From NCBI GenBank assembly GCA_041649715.1, contig JBAZMP010000001.1, forward strand, positions 146,741 to 210,740: DNA of 64,000 nt, in the 5' to 3' direction. A model generated the notes under the pieces. That model was not told where the DNA came from. It saw only the letters and a list, made by a program, of their open reading frames with translations, and ran no database searches. This document shows, in pieces, positions 1 to 9,945 of the stretch (its first letter is position 1; each line of letters starts with the position of its first letter). Source of the stretch: Patescibacteria group bacterium (lineage in GTDB: Bacteria; Patescibacteriota; Patescibacteriia; JAXHNJ01). Made by a program: the position numbers and the translations under genes.

Positions 1-1274
1 GCGGCGCCGCGGCTGATCAAGATAAATTCCTTGTCCTTTTGAACGATGACGCTGTTGCGTCGGCGCTCGGGATCAAAAGGAATTTCTTCGATTTGCCCGT
101 ATTGTTTTATATTTATTTTCTCTTCGGCGGGAAGATGGCCGATAAGCGCCTGGTCAAAAGCGTCGCCCGGCTCATCATCATCCTTAATATTTGGCGCGGC
201 CAGGTTGGCCAACCAAAGAGCGGGCCGGTCTTGAAAGGCATATACTTGATCAACGGTAAGCTTGTTTTCGGTGAGCGTGCCGGTTTTATCCGTGCACAAG
301 ATTTCTACGCTGCCTAAGTCTTCAATGGCCGCCAGTCTTTTTACTACCACTTTATTTTTGGCCAGGCGCAAGGCGCCGCGCGAAAGGGAAAAAGTGGTGA
401 CGACCGGCAAGGCTTCCGGAATGACACTGATGGCCAGAGCGATGGAGAAAATAACCAGTTCCGCCAGATCCGACAAACCCTTAATGAAAAGATTGGCCAG
501 AAAAACCGCCACTAAAGTGATGGAAATAAGGCGCAGAATAAAAGTGCTGAATTTGGCCAGATTTTTTTCGAAAGCGCCGATATGGATCGTTTCCCCGGTC
601 ATTTTGGCGATTCTTCCGATTTCAGTTTTGGCGCCGGTGGCAAATATTATTCCCTTGCCTTCACCGGTCATGATATGGGTGCCGGAAAAACCGATATTGG
701 TCGCGGCAAAGATCGCATTGCTTTTTTCTTTTTCCGTTTCGGCAGATTTTTTCGCTGGGGCGGATTCGCCGGTCAAGACCGATTCATCGACCATTAAGTC
801 GTAAGCGGCAAAAAAACGCAGATCGGCCGGCAGAATATCGCCCGGTTTAACCAGTATTATGTCACCGGGGACAAGAGAGGCGCTTTCCACCGTTTCCTCG
901 CGGCCGTCACGCAGAGTTCGTAGACGGTGGACCATGTATCTTTTCAGGAGTTTCACGGCGTTTTCCGAATGGTATTCCTGAATAAAGCCCAAAAAAGTAT
1001 TAATGGCGACAAAGAGAAGAATCATGCCGCCGTCAATAAACTCCCTTAAAATAAAAGCCAGCCCCACGGCTCCCAGCAGAAGCCAAATAAAAGGGGAAGT
1101 GAATTGCCTTTTTAGGATCTGCCAGCCGTTGACCTCGCGGCCACTGATTTTATTCGGGCCGTAAGAGAGGAGCCTTTTTTCTGCTTCCGCCTTCGATAAG
1201 CCCTTGTTTAAATCGACGGAGAATTCTTTAGATAGTTCTTCTGGCGATTTGTTGGTATAAGCTGAATATTCCAT
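1..1274 (-). CDS. Cation-transporting P-type ATPase (N-terminal part; runs off the left edge of the window)
   Basis: The reverse strand translates as MEYSAYTNKSPEELSKEFSVDLNKGLSKAEAEKRLL... It continues to PEALPVV and to the phosphorylation motif ICTDKTGTLTENKLTV (DKTGT), around 250-300 on the + strand. No stop codon appears before position 1. The ORF is absent from the track because it is truncated. Confidence 0.85.
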   Translation of the reverse strand, partial: MEYSAYTNKSPEELSKEFSVDLNKGLSKAEAEKRLLSYGPNKISGREVNGWQILKRQFTSPFIWLLLGAVGLAFILREFIDGGMILLFVAINTFLGFIQEYHSENAVKLLKRYMVHRLRTLRDGREETVESASLVPGDIILVKPGDILPADLRFFAAYDLMVDESVLTGESAPAKKSAETEKEKSNAIFAATNIGFSGTHIMTGEGKGIIFATGAKTEIGRIAKMTGETIHIGAFEKNLAKFSTFILRLISITLVAVFLANLFIKGLSDLAELVIFSIALAISVIPEALPVVTTFSLSRGALRLAKNKVVVKRLAAIEDLGSVEILCTDKTGTLTENKLTVDQVYAFQDRPALWLANLAAPNIKDDDEPGDAFDQALIGHLPAEEKINIKQYGQIEEIPFDPERRRNSVIVQKDKEFILISRGA

Positions 1275-1432
1275 AAGTATTTCTTAATATAATTATAGCG
1301 CCGATCAGCTTAAAAAACCACTTTCTCGTTTATTCTTGACAGATAAACAGTCATCATTTAAAATAAGGCCATTATTGTCACGGATAAATAAGCGGATTTG
1401 GTCGATCGTTGCCTTTACCAAAGGAGGAAGAG

Positions 1433-1828
1433 GTGAAAGAAATCATTGTGACGGATAAGGCGCCGAAAGCCATCGGTCCCTATTCACAGGCGGTCAAGGT
1501 TGATACGTTCGCGACCTCCTATGTGGTTTTCACTTCCGGCCAGCTGCCGGTTGATCCAGCCACCAATAATATGGTCAAGGGAGGCATCAAGGAGCAGACC
1601 GAGCAGGTGATTAAAAATCTTATCGCGGTCCTTGAAGCGTCCGGCGCTGATTTAGAGAGTGTGGCCGATGTCATGGTCCTTCTGGCCGATATCAACGATT
1701 TTGCGGCTATGAACGAGGTCTACCGCCAGTATTTTGCCCAAGATTGCCCGGCGCGCGTCGCTTTTCAGGCGGCGGCTTTGCCTCTCGGCGCGAAAGTCGA
1801 GATAAGAGCCATCGCGTTTACCGAGTAA
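1433..1828 (+). CDS. ridA: RidA/YjgF/TdcF-family reactive enamine/imine deaminase
   Basis: Translation KEIIVTDKAPKAIGPYSQAVKV...ARVAFQAAALPLGAKVEIRAIA is typical of the RidA family. GGAGG lies 5 nt upstream of GTG at 1433. The ORF-track start at 1409 is a TTG. Confidence 0.85.
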   Translation: MKEIIVTDKAPKAIGPYSQAVKVDTFATSYVVFTSGQLPVDPATNNMVKGGIKEQTEQVIKNLIAVLEASGADLESVADVMVLLADINDFAAMNEVYRQYFAQDCPARVAFQAAALPLGAKVEIRAIAFTE

Positions 1829-1850
1829 TCGGATAGGAAGTAAAGGTCAT

Positions 1851-1880
1851 CGCCACTTGCGCAAACAAGTGGCGATTTTT
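1851..1880 (+). terminator. Rho-independent terminator downstream of ridA
   Basis: Hairpin cgccacttg-cgcaaa-caagtggcg followed by ATTTTT. Confidence 0.5.
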
Positions 1881-1890
1881 CATAATATAA

Positions 1891-1921
1891 AAAACCCCAC
1901 GAGTGATCGCGGGGTTTTTCC
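1891..1921 (-). terminator. Terminator-like hairpin (bidirectional) downstream of the minus-strand gene 1943..2437
   Basis: aaaaCCCCacgagtgatcgcGGGGttttt: a GC stem with an A-run on one side and a T-run on the other. Confidence 0.4.
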
Positions 1922-1942
1922 CTTTCGGGGTGTTTGAAATGA

Positions 1943-2437
1943 TCAGCGTTGGCGCAGCGAAACGCGGCCTTGAGCGTCGAAGCCGAATCTTCGGTCGTGA
2001 CTGAGAGTGAACTTGAAGTTGCCCTTGAAGTTCATACCCGGCTTTTTCCACCATTTCGCGACGACCTGCGTCGCCAGGGTTTCCAGGCTCATCGGCCGGC
2101 TGTGTTTCGCAAGGATCAGATAGGCGATCTCCGCCACGTTCTTCGCCTGCTTGAAATGCTCGAGGCGTATCCGGCGGATTCGGACCTTTCTGATTCGGTC
2201 GATCTTGCGGACACGGACGCGCCGACCCTTGGCCTGCTTGGCCTTTTTCTCGATCTTCTGCAGCCTGGCGGCCCGCTTCTGTTCCACCTTGACGTAGCCG
2301 AGCAGGCTTTTCAGGTATCGCTCCATCCTTTTCAAATTCTGGAGGCTGGCGCGGGAGACGAAGCGAGAACGGCGTTTGCGCTTTGGAGTGCCCTTTTCTG
2401 ACTGTTTGACACTCACCTTTTTCTTGGCGTTTTTCAT
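1943..2437 (-). CDS. Lys/Arg-rich DNA-binding protein with a C-terminal HARE-HTH-like winged helix (histone H1/Hc1-like nucleoid protein candidate)
   Basis: GGAGG RBS precedes the ATG at 2437. The N-terminal ~100 aa are extremely basic (KKKVSVKQSEKGTPKRKRRSR...RVRVRKIDRIRKVRIRRIR). The C-terminus VAEIAYLILAKHSRPMSLETLATQVVAKWW...FTLSHDRRFGFDAQGRVSL matches the HARE-HTH pattern (DxRFxxxGxGxWxL). The two overlapping ORFs 1818..2468(-) and 1949..2401(+) are shadow frames. Confidence 0.6.
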   Translation of the reverse strand: MKNAKKKVSVKQSEKGTPKRKRRSRFVSRASLQNLKRMERYLKSLLGYVKVEQKRAARLQKIEKKAKQAKGRRVRVRKIDRIRKVRIRRIRLEHFKQAKNVAEIAYLILAKHSRPMSLETLATQVVAKWWKKPGMNFKGNFKFTLSHDRRFGFDAQGRVSLRQR

Positions 2438-2565
2438 GCATTCCTCCTTTGCTAAGCCAAGATTTCAAAGAAAAAGATCTGACTTTTTAGGATAAATTAA
2501 CTTAGCACGAAAGTTTGCGGCTGTCAAGGTATTAAATCCCGCAAGAAATGCGATTTCTAACGGAA

Positions 2566-2606
2566 TAAAAAAACCGTCCCAAAATATTATAAAGAGACGG
2601 TTCTTT
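2566..2606 (-). terminator. Rho-independent terminator for gene 2616..2855
   Basis: On the minus strand: stem ACCGUC/GACGGU followed by UUUUUU (plus strand aaaaaaccgtccc...gagacggttcttt). Confidence 0.5.
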
Positions 2607-2615
2607 AATCTCTTA

Positions 2616-2855
2616 TTATTTGTTTTCTTCGTTGAGGCCCGCTTTTTCCGCGAGCTTCCCAAGCTTAGCGGTGATCAAGACCACCGCGATGGTTACGATC
2701 ACGGCATAGACAAAAAGCGAGATGATGCCACTTGCCTCTCCGAATATCTTGGCAAAAAGGGCGGTGATGGCGCCGTTCCAGGCCAAAGCCGCCACTAAGC
2801 CAAAAGCGGTGGTGGCCAGCGAGATCATGGTTTTGAGATAGTTTTTTCCGAGCAT
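2616..2855 (-). CDS. Small hydrophobic membrane protein (two predicted TM helices)
   Basis: 79 aa and hydrophobic throughout (ISLATTAFGLVAALAWNGAITALFAKIF...IISLFVYAVIVTIAVVLITA). It sits compactly with its neighbours and has a terminator downstream. Confidence 0.55.
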   Translation of the reverse strand: MLGKNYLKTMISLATTAFGLVAALAWNGAITALFAKIFGEASGIISLFVYAVIVTIAVVLITAKLGKLAEKAGLNEENK

Positions 2856-2869
2856 AGTTTTTTTGTTAA

Positions 2870-3694
2870 TTACATATTGATTATTTGATAGTCTCTTTCA
2901 CTTTTCGCCCCCAGATTCAATTCCGCCGCTCGTTTAATCGTCGGAAATTCCCAGGGTTCAAAATTCAATTTATTTTTGGCCGGGTAGCTTTTTAATATCT
3001 TTAAGCCTTCCACATCCATGGCGACTCGGTCGGTTCCGGCCATTAATATATTTGGTTCAACTAAATCACCTTTATCAGGGCCATGAGTAATAAAAGCTTT
3101 TCGGCCGTCCATTATTATTAAGGCGGGCGTATAGGCCAGATTGATTTCCGCGATTTTTTCTTCTAGATGGTTCATGTGCAAAAAAGTCCGCTCAATTTTT
3201 TTCATGATCCCGACTCCTAACTTTAAGGACATGGTAAAGCGGGCAAAGCGGTGGACTTTTAAACAAGGCAAAAGAATCAATTTATCCACTTCTTCCAAGA
3301 CAGCGGGAATACTAATTGATTTTAAATATTTTCCCGGAATTTTCTTCTTGATATATCCACCATGATCAAAATTTATGGCTCTGACGCCATAATCTTTTTC
3401 CAAGGCAGAAAAATTCAAACAAGCCATTACTTTGCCAGTGTCTAACATCAGAGTACAGGAATCACCTATTAATATCTCGGACGGTTTGGCCTCTTTGACG
3501 ATTTCAATTACTGTCCTTAAAAACTTCGGATCGGAAGAGGCGGGGTATGGGTCGGCCGTGTTTAAATTCGGTTTTAATAAAACTTTATCCCCGGGTTTGA
3601 TAAAAATGGAAATCCCGCCCAGGGGCTGCAAGATTTTCAAGATATCGGCTTTTAAATCGCCGGAAGCTTTTGTTTTAGCAACAATGTTTGTCAT
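2870..3694 (-). CDS. DUF362-domain protein
   Basis: N-terminal pattern ...LGGISIFIKPGDKVLLKPNLNTADPYPASSDP is characteristic of DUF362 (PF04015). Confidence 0.75.
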   Translation of the reverse strand: MTNIVAKTKASGDLKADILKILQPLGGISIFIKPGDKVLLKPNLNTADPYPASSDPKFLRTVIEIVKEAKPSEILIGDSCTLMLDTGKVMACLNFSALEKDYGVRAINFDHGGYIKKKIPGKYLKSISIPAVLEEVDKLILLPCLKVHRFARFTMSLKLGVGIMKKIERTFLHMNHLEEKIAEINLAYTPALIIMDGRKAFITHGPDKGDLVEPNILMAGTDRVAMDVEGLKILKSYPAKNKLNFEPWEFPTIKRAAELNLGAKSERDYQIINM

Positions 3695-3775
3695 AAGTTT
3701 ATTATAGCGCGTTTTTTCAGATATAAAAATCCGCGAGAGAATTATCTCTCGCGGAAAATAAGATTCAGCCGTGTA

Positions 3776-4096
3776 TCAGTAGCCGAAACGCCTGATGAGG
3801 CGAATCGAAGGTATTTCGGGACGCCGGCCGGTCGCCGCGAACGTGGCGGAACTGCTTCGGAAAAAAGAGTTGTTTGGCGGCGGGACGGAGGGTTTCACCT
3901 TGGCTTTCTTCGCCTGCGGATCCGGCGGAATGGGTATCTTGTGGGCCATCAGCCAGGCCCGGGCTTCGACGCCTGTTTGGCCCAGCCAATGAGCATGAGC
4001 CAGGCAGAAAGCCTTGCGGCGCCGGTACTTGGCCAAACCCTTTCCATGTCTGCCATGAATTCGTCCGAATTTCACGAACTGTTCGTCCATTCTCAT
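3776..4096 (-). CDS. Hypothetical basic protein (GC-rich ORF)
   Basis: AAAGGAGG lies just upstream of the ATG (MRMDEQFVKFGRIHGRHGKGLAKYRRRKAF...). I recognise no family. The ORF-track start at 4147 is an upstream extension. Confidence 0.35.
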   Translation of the reverse strand: MRMDEQFVKFGRIHGRHGKGLAKYRRRKAFCLAHAHWLGQTGVEARAWLMAHKIPIPPDPQAKKAKVKPSVPPPNNSFFRSSSATFAATGRRPEIPSIRLIRRFGY

Positions 4097-4546
4097 TACC
4101 TGCCTCCTTTTCTTACCCAAAGGTTTTAGAGGGAGAAAGAGCGTCAAAATAATGTCCTTAGCTTAGATAAAGATTATTTTTTTGTCAACGGGATTTTTAT
4201 TCTGTAGATTTGCCGGATGATGGCTAGCGCCTTGACTTTTTTTGAAAAACGCCGGCGGAAAAACTTGGTTCACCTCAAAAAAAGGCGAGAACACCATATT
4301 TTGCGCTTCTTTTCCGCTCACCGGCATGAAGAAAAAAGCCGGTACGAAACAACTTACCTGACAGCGATATAAATAAAAAACGGACAAAAAAATTGTCTGT
4401 TTTTTGTCGCCACTGGCGCAATTTTTTGCTTGACAAAAGAATAAAAATAGTTCACAGTTTAATGGGGATAAAAAATATATGGGAGGCGGGAAAAGCGGGC
4501 AGGTAAACATATCTTATAAGGCCATTTTTTGGTCTTTTTTTAAAAC

Positions 4547-6937
4547 ATGATTAAAGTAAATAAAAATCAATCTGAGCCTACGGGCGAGCAACAAATTCCC
4601 TTGCATTGCATAAAGACCTTGGTAAATACGGCCAGGGAACCGTTTTTAATCCTCGATTTTAGTTTGAGGGTAATTTCGGCTAATGACTCTTTTTGCCGGA
4701 CCTTTTCGGTCAGCCGGAAAGAAACGGAGAAAAAGACGTTTTACGATATCGGCAATCGCCAGTGGGATATTCCCGAGCTACGGCGGTTATTAGAAAAAAT
4801 ATTACCCGAGAAGAAAATAATCAGGGATTATGAATTCAAATATAATTTTTCGGAACTTGGAAAAAAGGTACTTCGGCTTAATGCCCAGCTGATTGAGTCG
4901 ACAAGATTTATTGTCGTCAGCTTTGAGGATATCACCGCTAAAGAACAATTGGCCGAGAGCGAAGAATTTCACAAGGCTCTCGTTTACGCGGCTGACCGGG
5001 CCGGCATTGGCATCGCCATTTTGCAGAACGTTAAGGGCAGAGAAGCCGCGATAGTCTCGGTCAATAACCATGCGTGTTATATATCCGGCTATACGCGGGA
5101 AGAGTGTTTGAAACTGTCCATTTCCGATGTTATTCCGGTTGATATGCTCAGCCAGATTTTGGAAAGGTATCGGAAAAGACAGCAGGGGAAATCGGTACCA
5201 TATTTCTATGAAACCGATATTATCCGTAAAGACAAAAAAAGAGTGCCTATCTTAATCAGCTTGGCAATCACGAAAATTAAGGGGGAGATAGCGACGATTG
5301 TTTATTTTAGGGATATAACGGAGATTAAGCGCGTCGAGCTTATGCTCCAGGAGAGTGAAAATAAACTGAATGCGACCATCCAGGGTTCCCCCATTCCTAA
5401 ATTTGTCATTGACCAGAACCATAAAGTTATTCATTGGAACACGGCCTTGGAGAAATACAGCGGGATAAAGGCCAAAGAAATTTTGGGCACGAATCAGCAG
5501 TGGCGGGCGTTTTATCTCAAAAAACGTCCTTGTCTGGCGGATCTTCTAGTTGATGGAGCCATTGAAAGAATCCCGCAATGGTATACCGGTAAATATACCA
5601 AATCAAAGCTCATTCCGGACGCCTATGAAGCGACCGACTTCTTTCCCCAGATGGGTGAGAATGGTATTTGGCTTTATTTTACCGCCTCGGTCATCCGGGA
5701 TGCCAAGAGCGATGTCATCGGGGCCATGGAAACTCTCGAGGATATCACGGAACGCAAAAAAGCCGAGGAAGAACTAAAAAAGCATGAGGAGGAATTGGAG
5801 AATACTCAGAAGGCCCTTCTTCGCCTAATGGATGGTTTGGACCGAGAAAAAATAAAGCTCATAAACGAAAAAGCCAAGGACGAGGCGATTTTAGGCAATA
5901 TTGCGGACGGCGTGGTCGTGGTCGACAAAGAGGGCAAGATAATCGTGATCAATCAGGCGGCCAGAAAGATGCTGGGTTTTGAAAGTAGCGAGGCTTTAGG
6001 TAAACCTTGGTCTGAAATTTTGCGGCGTCAGGATGAAGAAGGCCATTTCATTTCTTCAGATACCGGCGCCGTTCAGGCGGCGCTTTTGAAAGAAAAAGTC
6101 ACCCGGGCGGATTCGTATTATTACGTCCGAAAAAATAAAACCAGATTTCCCGTTTTGCGAAGCGTTTCGCCGATCATCCTGGACAAAAAAGTGGTGGGGG
6201 CGGTTAATGTTTTCCGCGACATCACCCGCGAAAAGGAGATAGACCGGATGAAAGATGAATTTATCAGCGTGGCTTCCCATGAATTAAGGACCCCGATGAC
6301 CGCGATCATGGGAAATATTGACATGGTTCTAAAAGGGAAAGCCGGCCAGGTTAGTCATGAAGTAAAAGAATATCTAAAAGATGTGGCGATTGCTTCCGAT
6401 CGGTTAATCAAGCTGGTTAATGATATGTTGGACGTTTCTCATATTGAAGTGGGTCGATTAATGTTTAATCCCAAGCCTATCGATATTTCTGTTTTAATAC
6501 ACTCAGTGGTAAAAGAATGTCAGGCGATGGCTAAAGAAAAAAATCTTATCTTGAAATATAATCCCGGGAAGAATTTGCCCAAGGTTTCGGCTGATCCGGA
6601 TAAAGTCCTGCAAGTGCTGAACAATATTATTGGTAATGCCATTAAATTTACTCCCGAAGGATCAGTGACCATTACTACTAAACAAAAACAAAATAAGGTA
6701 ATTGTCCAGGTTAAGGATACGGGTATCGGTATCAGACAAGAAGACAAGGATAAGATATTTCAAAAATTCTTTCAGCTGGATACGAGTTTATCCAGAGAAA
6801 TCAAGGGGACTGGATTGGGGTTATACATCAGCCAACAGATGGTGAAAAAAATGGGTGGCGAGATTTGGCTGGAAAGCGAAGGGCTGGGCAGGGGGACGAT
6901 TATCAGCTTTTCTTTACCCAAGGCTAGCAAAAAATAA
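4547..6937 (+). CDS. Multi-PAS sensor histidine kinase
   Basis: Several PAS-like segments are followed by the H-box FISVASHELRTPMTAIMGNIDMVL and a C-terminal HATPase region (NAIKFTPEG...DTGIGI...GTGLGLYISQQMVKKMGGEIWLESEG). Confidence 0.9.
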   Translation: MIKVNKNQSEPTGEQQIPLHCIKTLVNTAREPFLILDFSLRVISANDSFCRTFSVSRKETEKKTFYDIGNRQWDIPELRRLLEKILPEKKIIRDYEFKYNFSELGKKVLRLNAQLIESTRFIVVSFEDITAKEQLAESEEFHKALVYAADRAGIGIAILQNVKGREAAIVSVNNHACYISGYTREECLKLSISDVIPVDMLSQILERYRKRQQGKSVPYFYETDIIRKDKKRVPILISLAITKIKGEIATIVYFRDITEIKRVELMLQESENKLNATIQGSPIPKFVIDQNHKVIHWNTALEKYSGIKAKEILGTNQQWRAFYLKKRPCLADLLVDGAIERIPQWYTGKYTKSKLIPDAYEATDFFPQMGENGIWLYFTASVIRDAKSDVIGAMETLEDITERKKAEEELKKHEEELENTQKALLRLMDGLDREKIKLINEKAKDEAILGNIADGVVVVDKEGKIIVINQAARKMLGFESSEALGKPWSEILRRQDEEGHFISSDTGAVQAALLKEKVTRADSYYYVRKNKTRFPVLRSVSPIILDKKVVGAVNVFRDITREKEIDRMKDEFISVASHELRTPMTAIMGNIDMVLKGKAGQVSHEVKEYLKDVAIASDRLIKLVNDMLDVSHIEVGRLMFNPKPIDISVLIHSVVKECQAMAKEKNLILKYNPGKNLPKVSADPDKVLQVLNNIIGNAIKFTPEGSVTITTKQKQNKVIVQVKDTGIGIRQEDKDKIFQKFFQLDTSLSREIKGTGLGLYISQQMVKKMGGEIWLESEGLGRGTIISFSLPKASKK

Positions 6938-6972
6938 TCATAAATATATTTATAACAAGAAAGGTAAAAAAT

Positions 6973-7359
6973 ATGACAAAAATATTGCTTATTGAGGATG
7001 ACGTCCTGATGCGGAGAATGTATCAGCGTATCTTTACCGAAAAAGAAGGTTTTCAGTTTGAGGCCGTGGAAACTGGCGAAGAGGGACTTGATAAAATTAA
7101 AAAATCAGAGCCAGACCTTGTTCTTTTGGATTTAATGTTGCCTAAAATGCCGGGCGAACAAGTGCTCAAGAACATGAATGACGCGGATTTGTTAAAAAAG
7201 ATTCCGGTGATTGTTCTTTCGTGTAAAGGCGATGAAACAACCGTCGAGCATTGTCTAAATCGGCTGGGCGCCAGTGATTATCTGCATAAAAGCGGTCTTA
7301 AGCCCGAAAAAGTCATAAAGAGAGTGAAGGGCGTTTTAAAAAAATTTGAGAGCGGATAA
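6973..7359 (+). CDS. Response regulator, receiver domain only (CheY-like)
   Basis: MTKILLIEDDVLMRRMYQRIF...PDLVLLDLMLPKMPGEQVL...KIPVIVLS shows the acidic pocket and the phospho-Asp context. There is no output domain. Confidence 0.85.
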   Translation: MTKILLIEDDVLMRRMYQRIFTEKEGFQFEAVETGEEGLDKIKKSEPDLVLLDLMLPKMPGEQVLKNMNDADLLKKIPVIVLSCKGDETTVEHCLNRLGASDYLHKSGLKPEKVIKRVKGVLKKFESG

Positions 7360-7381
7360 ATTCAGAATTAATTATAATATT

Positions 7382-7750
7382 ATGAATAAAGTTTTACTTA
7401 TCGATGATGAGGCCTTGGTCCTTCGTCTTTTTAAAAGAATTTTTACGCCAGTCACCGGTTTTGAATTGTCGACTGCCTGGGATGGCATGGAGGGTTTGCA
7501 AAAAATCAAAGAAGTAAAACCAGATTTGGTTTTGCTAGACATCCGGATGCCGAAAATAGATGGCCTTGAGGTTTTGAGGCGAATAAAGGCGGATAAAGAG
7601 ATAGCACGTATTCCGGTGATAATGTTGACCAATCTTAGTGACACAAAGCTGGTGTCTGAAGCCGTTTCTCTGGGAGCGAGAGGTTATCTAATTAAGACTA
7701 ATTATAAGCCGGATGAAATCTTGGAGTTGGTCAGGAGTACTTTGAATTAA
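7382..7750 (+). CDS. Response regulator, receiver domain only (CheY-like)
   Basis: MNKVLLIDDEALVLRLFKRIF...PDLVLLDIRMPKIDGLEVL...IPVIMLT. The ATG at 7382 is preferred over the upstream track start at 7346, which overlaps the previous gene. Confidence 0.85.
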   Translation: MNKVLLIDDEALVLRLFKRIFTPVTGFELSTAWDGMEGLQKIKEVKPDLVLLDIRMPKIDGLEVLRRIKADKEIARIPVIMLTNLSDTKLVSEAVSLGARGYLIKTNYKPDEILELVRSTLN

Positions 7751-7929
7751 TGATATTTCTTAGTTTATTGAATGGATTGAAGCGAAATAGAAAAATTGTA
7801 TTGGCCATTTTATTTTAAATAAATTGGAAAAAAGGGGGAGTATAGACGGTTTAATTTTTACAATAACCGTGGTTTTCTGCTGGTTATTTTCTCTTTCCAA
7901 AAGATTGATTAAACTATATAATTAACACG

Positions 7930-9156
7930 ATGAAGAAATACGACATTATTATTATCGGTGGCGGCGCCGCCGGGATGATGGCCGGCATTAGCTCTTCCCG
8001 GGACGGTAGATCGGTTTTGATCGTGGAAAAAAATTATAAATTGGGCCGGAAGGTTCTGGTCACGGGCAACGGCCGGTGCAACGTGACCAATCGGTTCGTG
8101 GACAAATCACGCTACTACGGAGCCAGCCCAGAATTCGTGGAAAAAGTATTATCATATTTTGATCAGTTTCGGGTAATGGAGTTTTTTGAAAGTTTGGGCG
8201 TGATGTTGAAAGAAGAGGATAACGGCCGGATGTTCCCCCGGACCAATCAGGCGGAAACGATTGTCAATGCTTTGACGGAAGAGTTAAAAGAGAAAAAGGT
8301 AAAGATAATCTCGGATCAACCGGTCGTTAGTTTAATAAAAAAAGAGAATATTTTTCAGGTTAAGCTGAAAAATAACGAAGAATTTTCGGCCGAGAAAGTG
8401 ATATTAACCACGGGCGGCCGGGCCAGCGGACAATACGGTTCAACCGGCGATGGATTTAGGTGGCTTGAAAATTTAGGGCATCATATTCTTTTTCAATATC
8501 CGGCACTCGTGCCCCTAGAGACGCAAGAACGCTGGCCCAAAGGTTTGGCGGGTTTGAAAGTGGCTGGAAGAGTAAAAGCAGAGAGTGAGGGCAAGATACT
8601 GGCGGAAAAAGAAGGAGAGGTTTTATTCACTCACTTCGGCTTGTCCGGGCCGCCGATACTATTTTTATCCAGTTTCATCAGCCCGATTTTAGGGAAAAAT
8701 AAAGTCAAAATCAATTTGGATTTATTTCCGGAAAGTACGGCCAAGGATTTGGATGTACGCCTGGAAAAAATATTTGAAAGTAGCGGAAAAAAATCGGTGA
8801 AGAACGCCTTGGCTGGTATGCTGCCCGCCAATTTTATTCCCGTTTTCTTAAAAAATATAAACATCCAGCCGGAGAAAAAAACAGCGGAGATTTCAAAAAC
8901 CGAGCGCTTGAAAATCGTTGACGGTCTTAAAAATATCACGCTTACTGTTACGGCCACTCGGCCTTTTTCCGAAGCGCATATCACCGCCGGAGGAGTGGAT
9001 ACAGGCGAAGTTAATCCGGCTACCCTAGAGTCAAAAATCATCCCCGGACTTTATCTAGCCGGCGAGATTTTAGACGTGAACGCGGATTCCGGCGGCTTCA
9101 ACCTACAGTGGGCCTGGTCTTCGGGTCGTCTGGCCGGGTTTAACGCGGCAAGTTAA
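7930..9156 (+). CDS. HI0933/YhiN-like FAD/NAD(P)-binding flavoprotein (BaiN family)
   Basis: MKKYDIIIIGGGAAGMMAGISS...VLIVEKNYKLGRKVLVTGNGRCNVTN and the C-terminal ...TAGGVDTGEVNPATLESKIIPGLYLAGEILDV are typical of this family. Confidence 0.9.
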   Translation: MKKYDIIIIGGGAAGMMAGISSSRDGRSVLIVEKNYKLGRKVLVTGNGRCNVTNRFVDKSRYYGASPEFVEKVLSYFDQFRVMEFFESLGVMLKEEDNGRMFPRTNQAETIVNALTEELKEKKVKIISDQPVVSLIKKENIFQVKLKNNEEFSAEKVILTTGGRASGQYGSTGDGFRWLENLGHHILFQYPALVPLETQERWPKGLAGLKVAGRVKAESEGKILAEKEGEVLFTHFGLSGPPILFLSSFISPILGKNKVKINLDLFPESTAKDLDVRLEKIFESSGKKSVKNALAGMLPANFIPVFLKNINIQPEKKTAEISKTERLKIVDGLKNITLTVTATRPFSEAHITAGGVDTGEVNPATLESKIIPGLYLAGEILDVNADSGGFNLQWAWSSGRLAGFNAAS

Positions 9157-9402
9157 AATCTGCTATAATGGAAAGAGGGTTAATATATTATCTGACGCGT
9201 ATGTGTAACCAAGAAAAGGGAACCTTTCAGGCTAAGCCGAAAGAGGCCGAGTGGCCGTTTTGATTTTCGGCGGCTTATGGCCGGTAATCCAGTAAATAAT
9301 CAGTTGATATTATCGATATTATGAACGGATATTTGAAAAAATATAAAAATGCATATAATACAAAAAATCGAAGAGAATTTTTAATATTAATTTTAAAAAA
9401 TT

Positions 9403-9876
9403 ATGCAGCTAAAAGATCATCAAATAGATACTTTACGTTTGCTGGCCCAATACGAAGAAACTATCGGCTCGCTTTACCAGCTCTACAGTCATAAATTCCC
9501 GGCCGAAAAAGAATTTTGGGAAGGTTTGTTTAAAGACGAATCTGACCACGCGACCTGGATCAAAAAATTTTCCGGCAGCATAGAAGAAGGCCAGGCATAT
9601 TTCCAGGAGAAAAGATTTAATATCCCGGCCATTGAAAGCAATATTAATTACGTCAAAGAAAAATACCGCGAGGCGGAAAAGGGAAACATCCCCCTGATTA
9701 AGGCCGTCGCTTTAGCCCTGGATCTTGAAAAGTCACTGCTGGAGAGCAAATACTACGAGGTTTTTAATGCCGACTTGTTTGAGTTCAAGAACTTGCTACA
9801 GAAGTTGACGGACGCGACGAAAATCCATGCTCAAAAAGTTGAGGTGATGTTAAATAAATACCGGGCAAAAGAATAA
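9403..9876 (+). CDS. Hypothetical protein (helical; possibly ferritin-like four-helix bundle)
   Basis: Clean 157-aa ORF predicted helical, with a single ExxH (DESDH). No secure family assignment. Confidence 0.5.
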   Translation: MQLKDHQIDTLRLLAQYEETIGSLYQLYSHKFPAEKEFWEGLFKDESDHATWIKKFSGSIEEGQAYFQEKRFNIPAIESNINYVKEKYREAEKGNIPLIKAVALALDLEKSLLESKYYEVFNADLFEFKNLLQKLTDATKIHAQKVEVMLNKYRAKE

Positions 9877-9945
9877 TAGATATACGATAATAAAAAGAGA
9901 AGAAGGCTTCTCTTTTCAATCAATATTAGTGAAGTAACTCTCTTT

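Noticed and set aside
262-804. 180-aa + strand ORF (and 582..797)
   Set aside because: Antisense to the clearly recognisable P-type ATPase gene (DKTGT motif) on the minus strand.
1818-2468. 216-aa minus ORF and 150-aa plus ORF (1949..2401) overlapping the HARE-HTH gene
   Set aside because: Shadow frames of a GC-rich region. Only the 1943..2437 minus frame has an RBS and a recognisable fold pattern.
4163-4510. 115-aa minus ORF in the AT-rich spacer upstream of the histidine kinase
   Set aside because: Low-complexity Phe/Leu-rich translation of AT-rich promoter DNA, with no RBS. The region contains a promoter-like TTGACA for the kinase gene.
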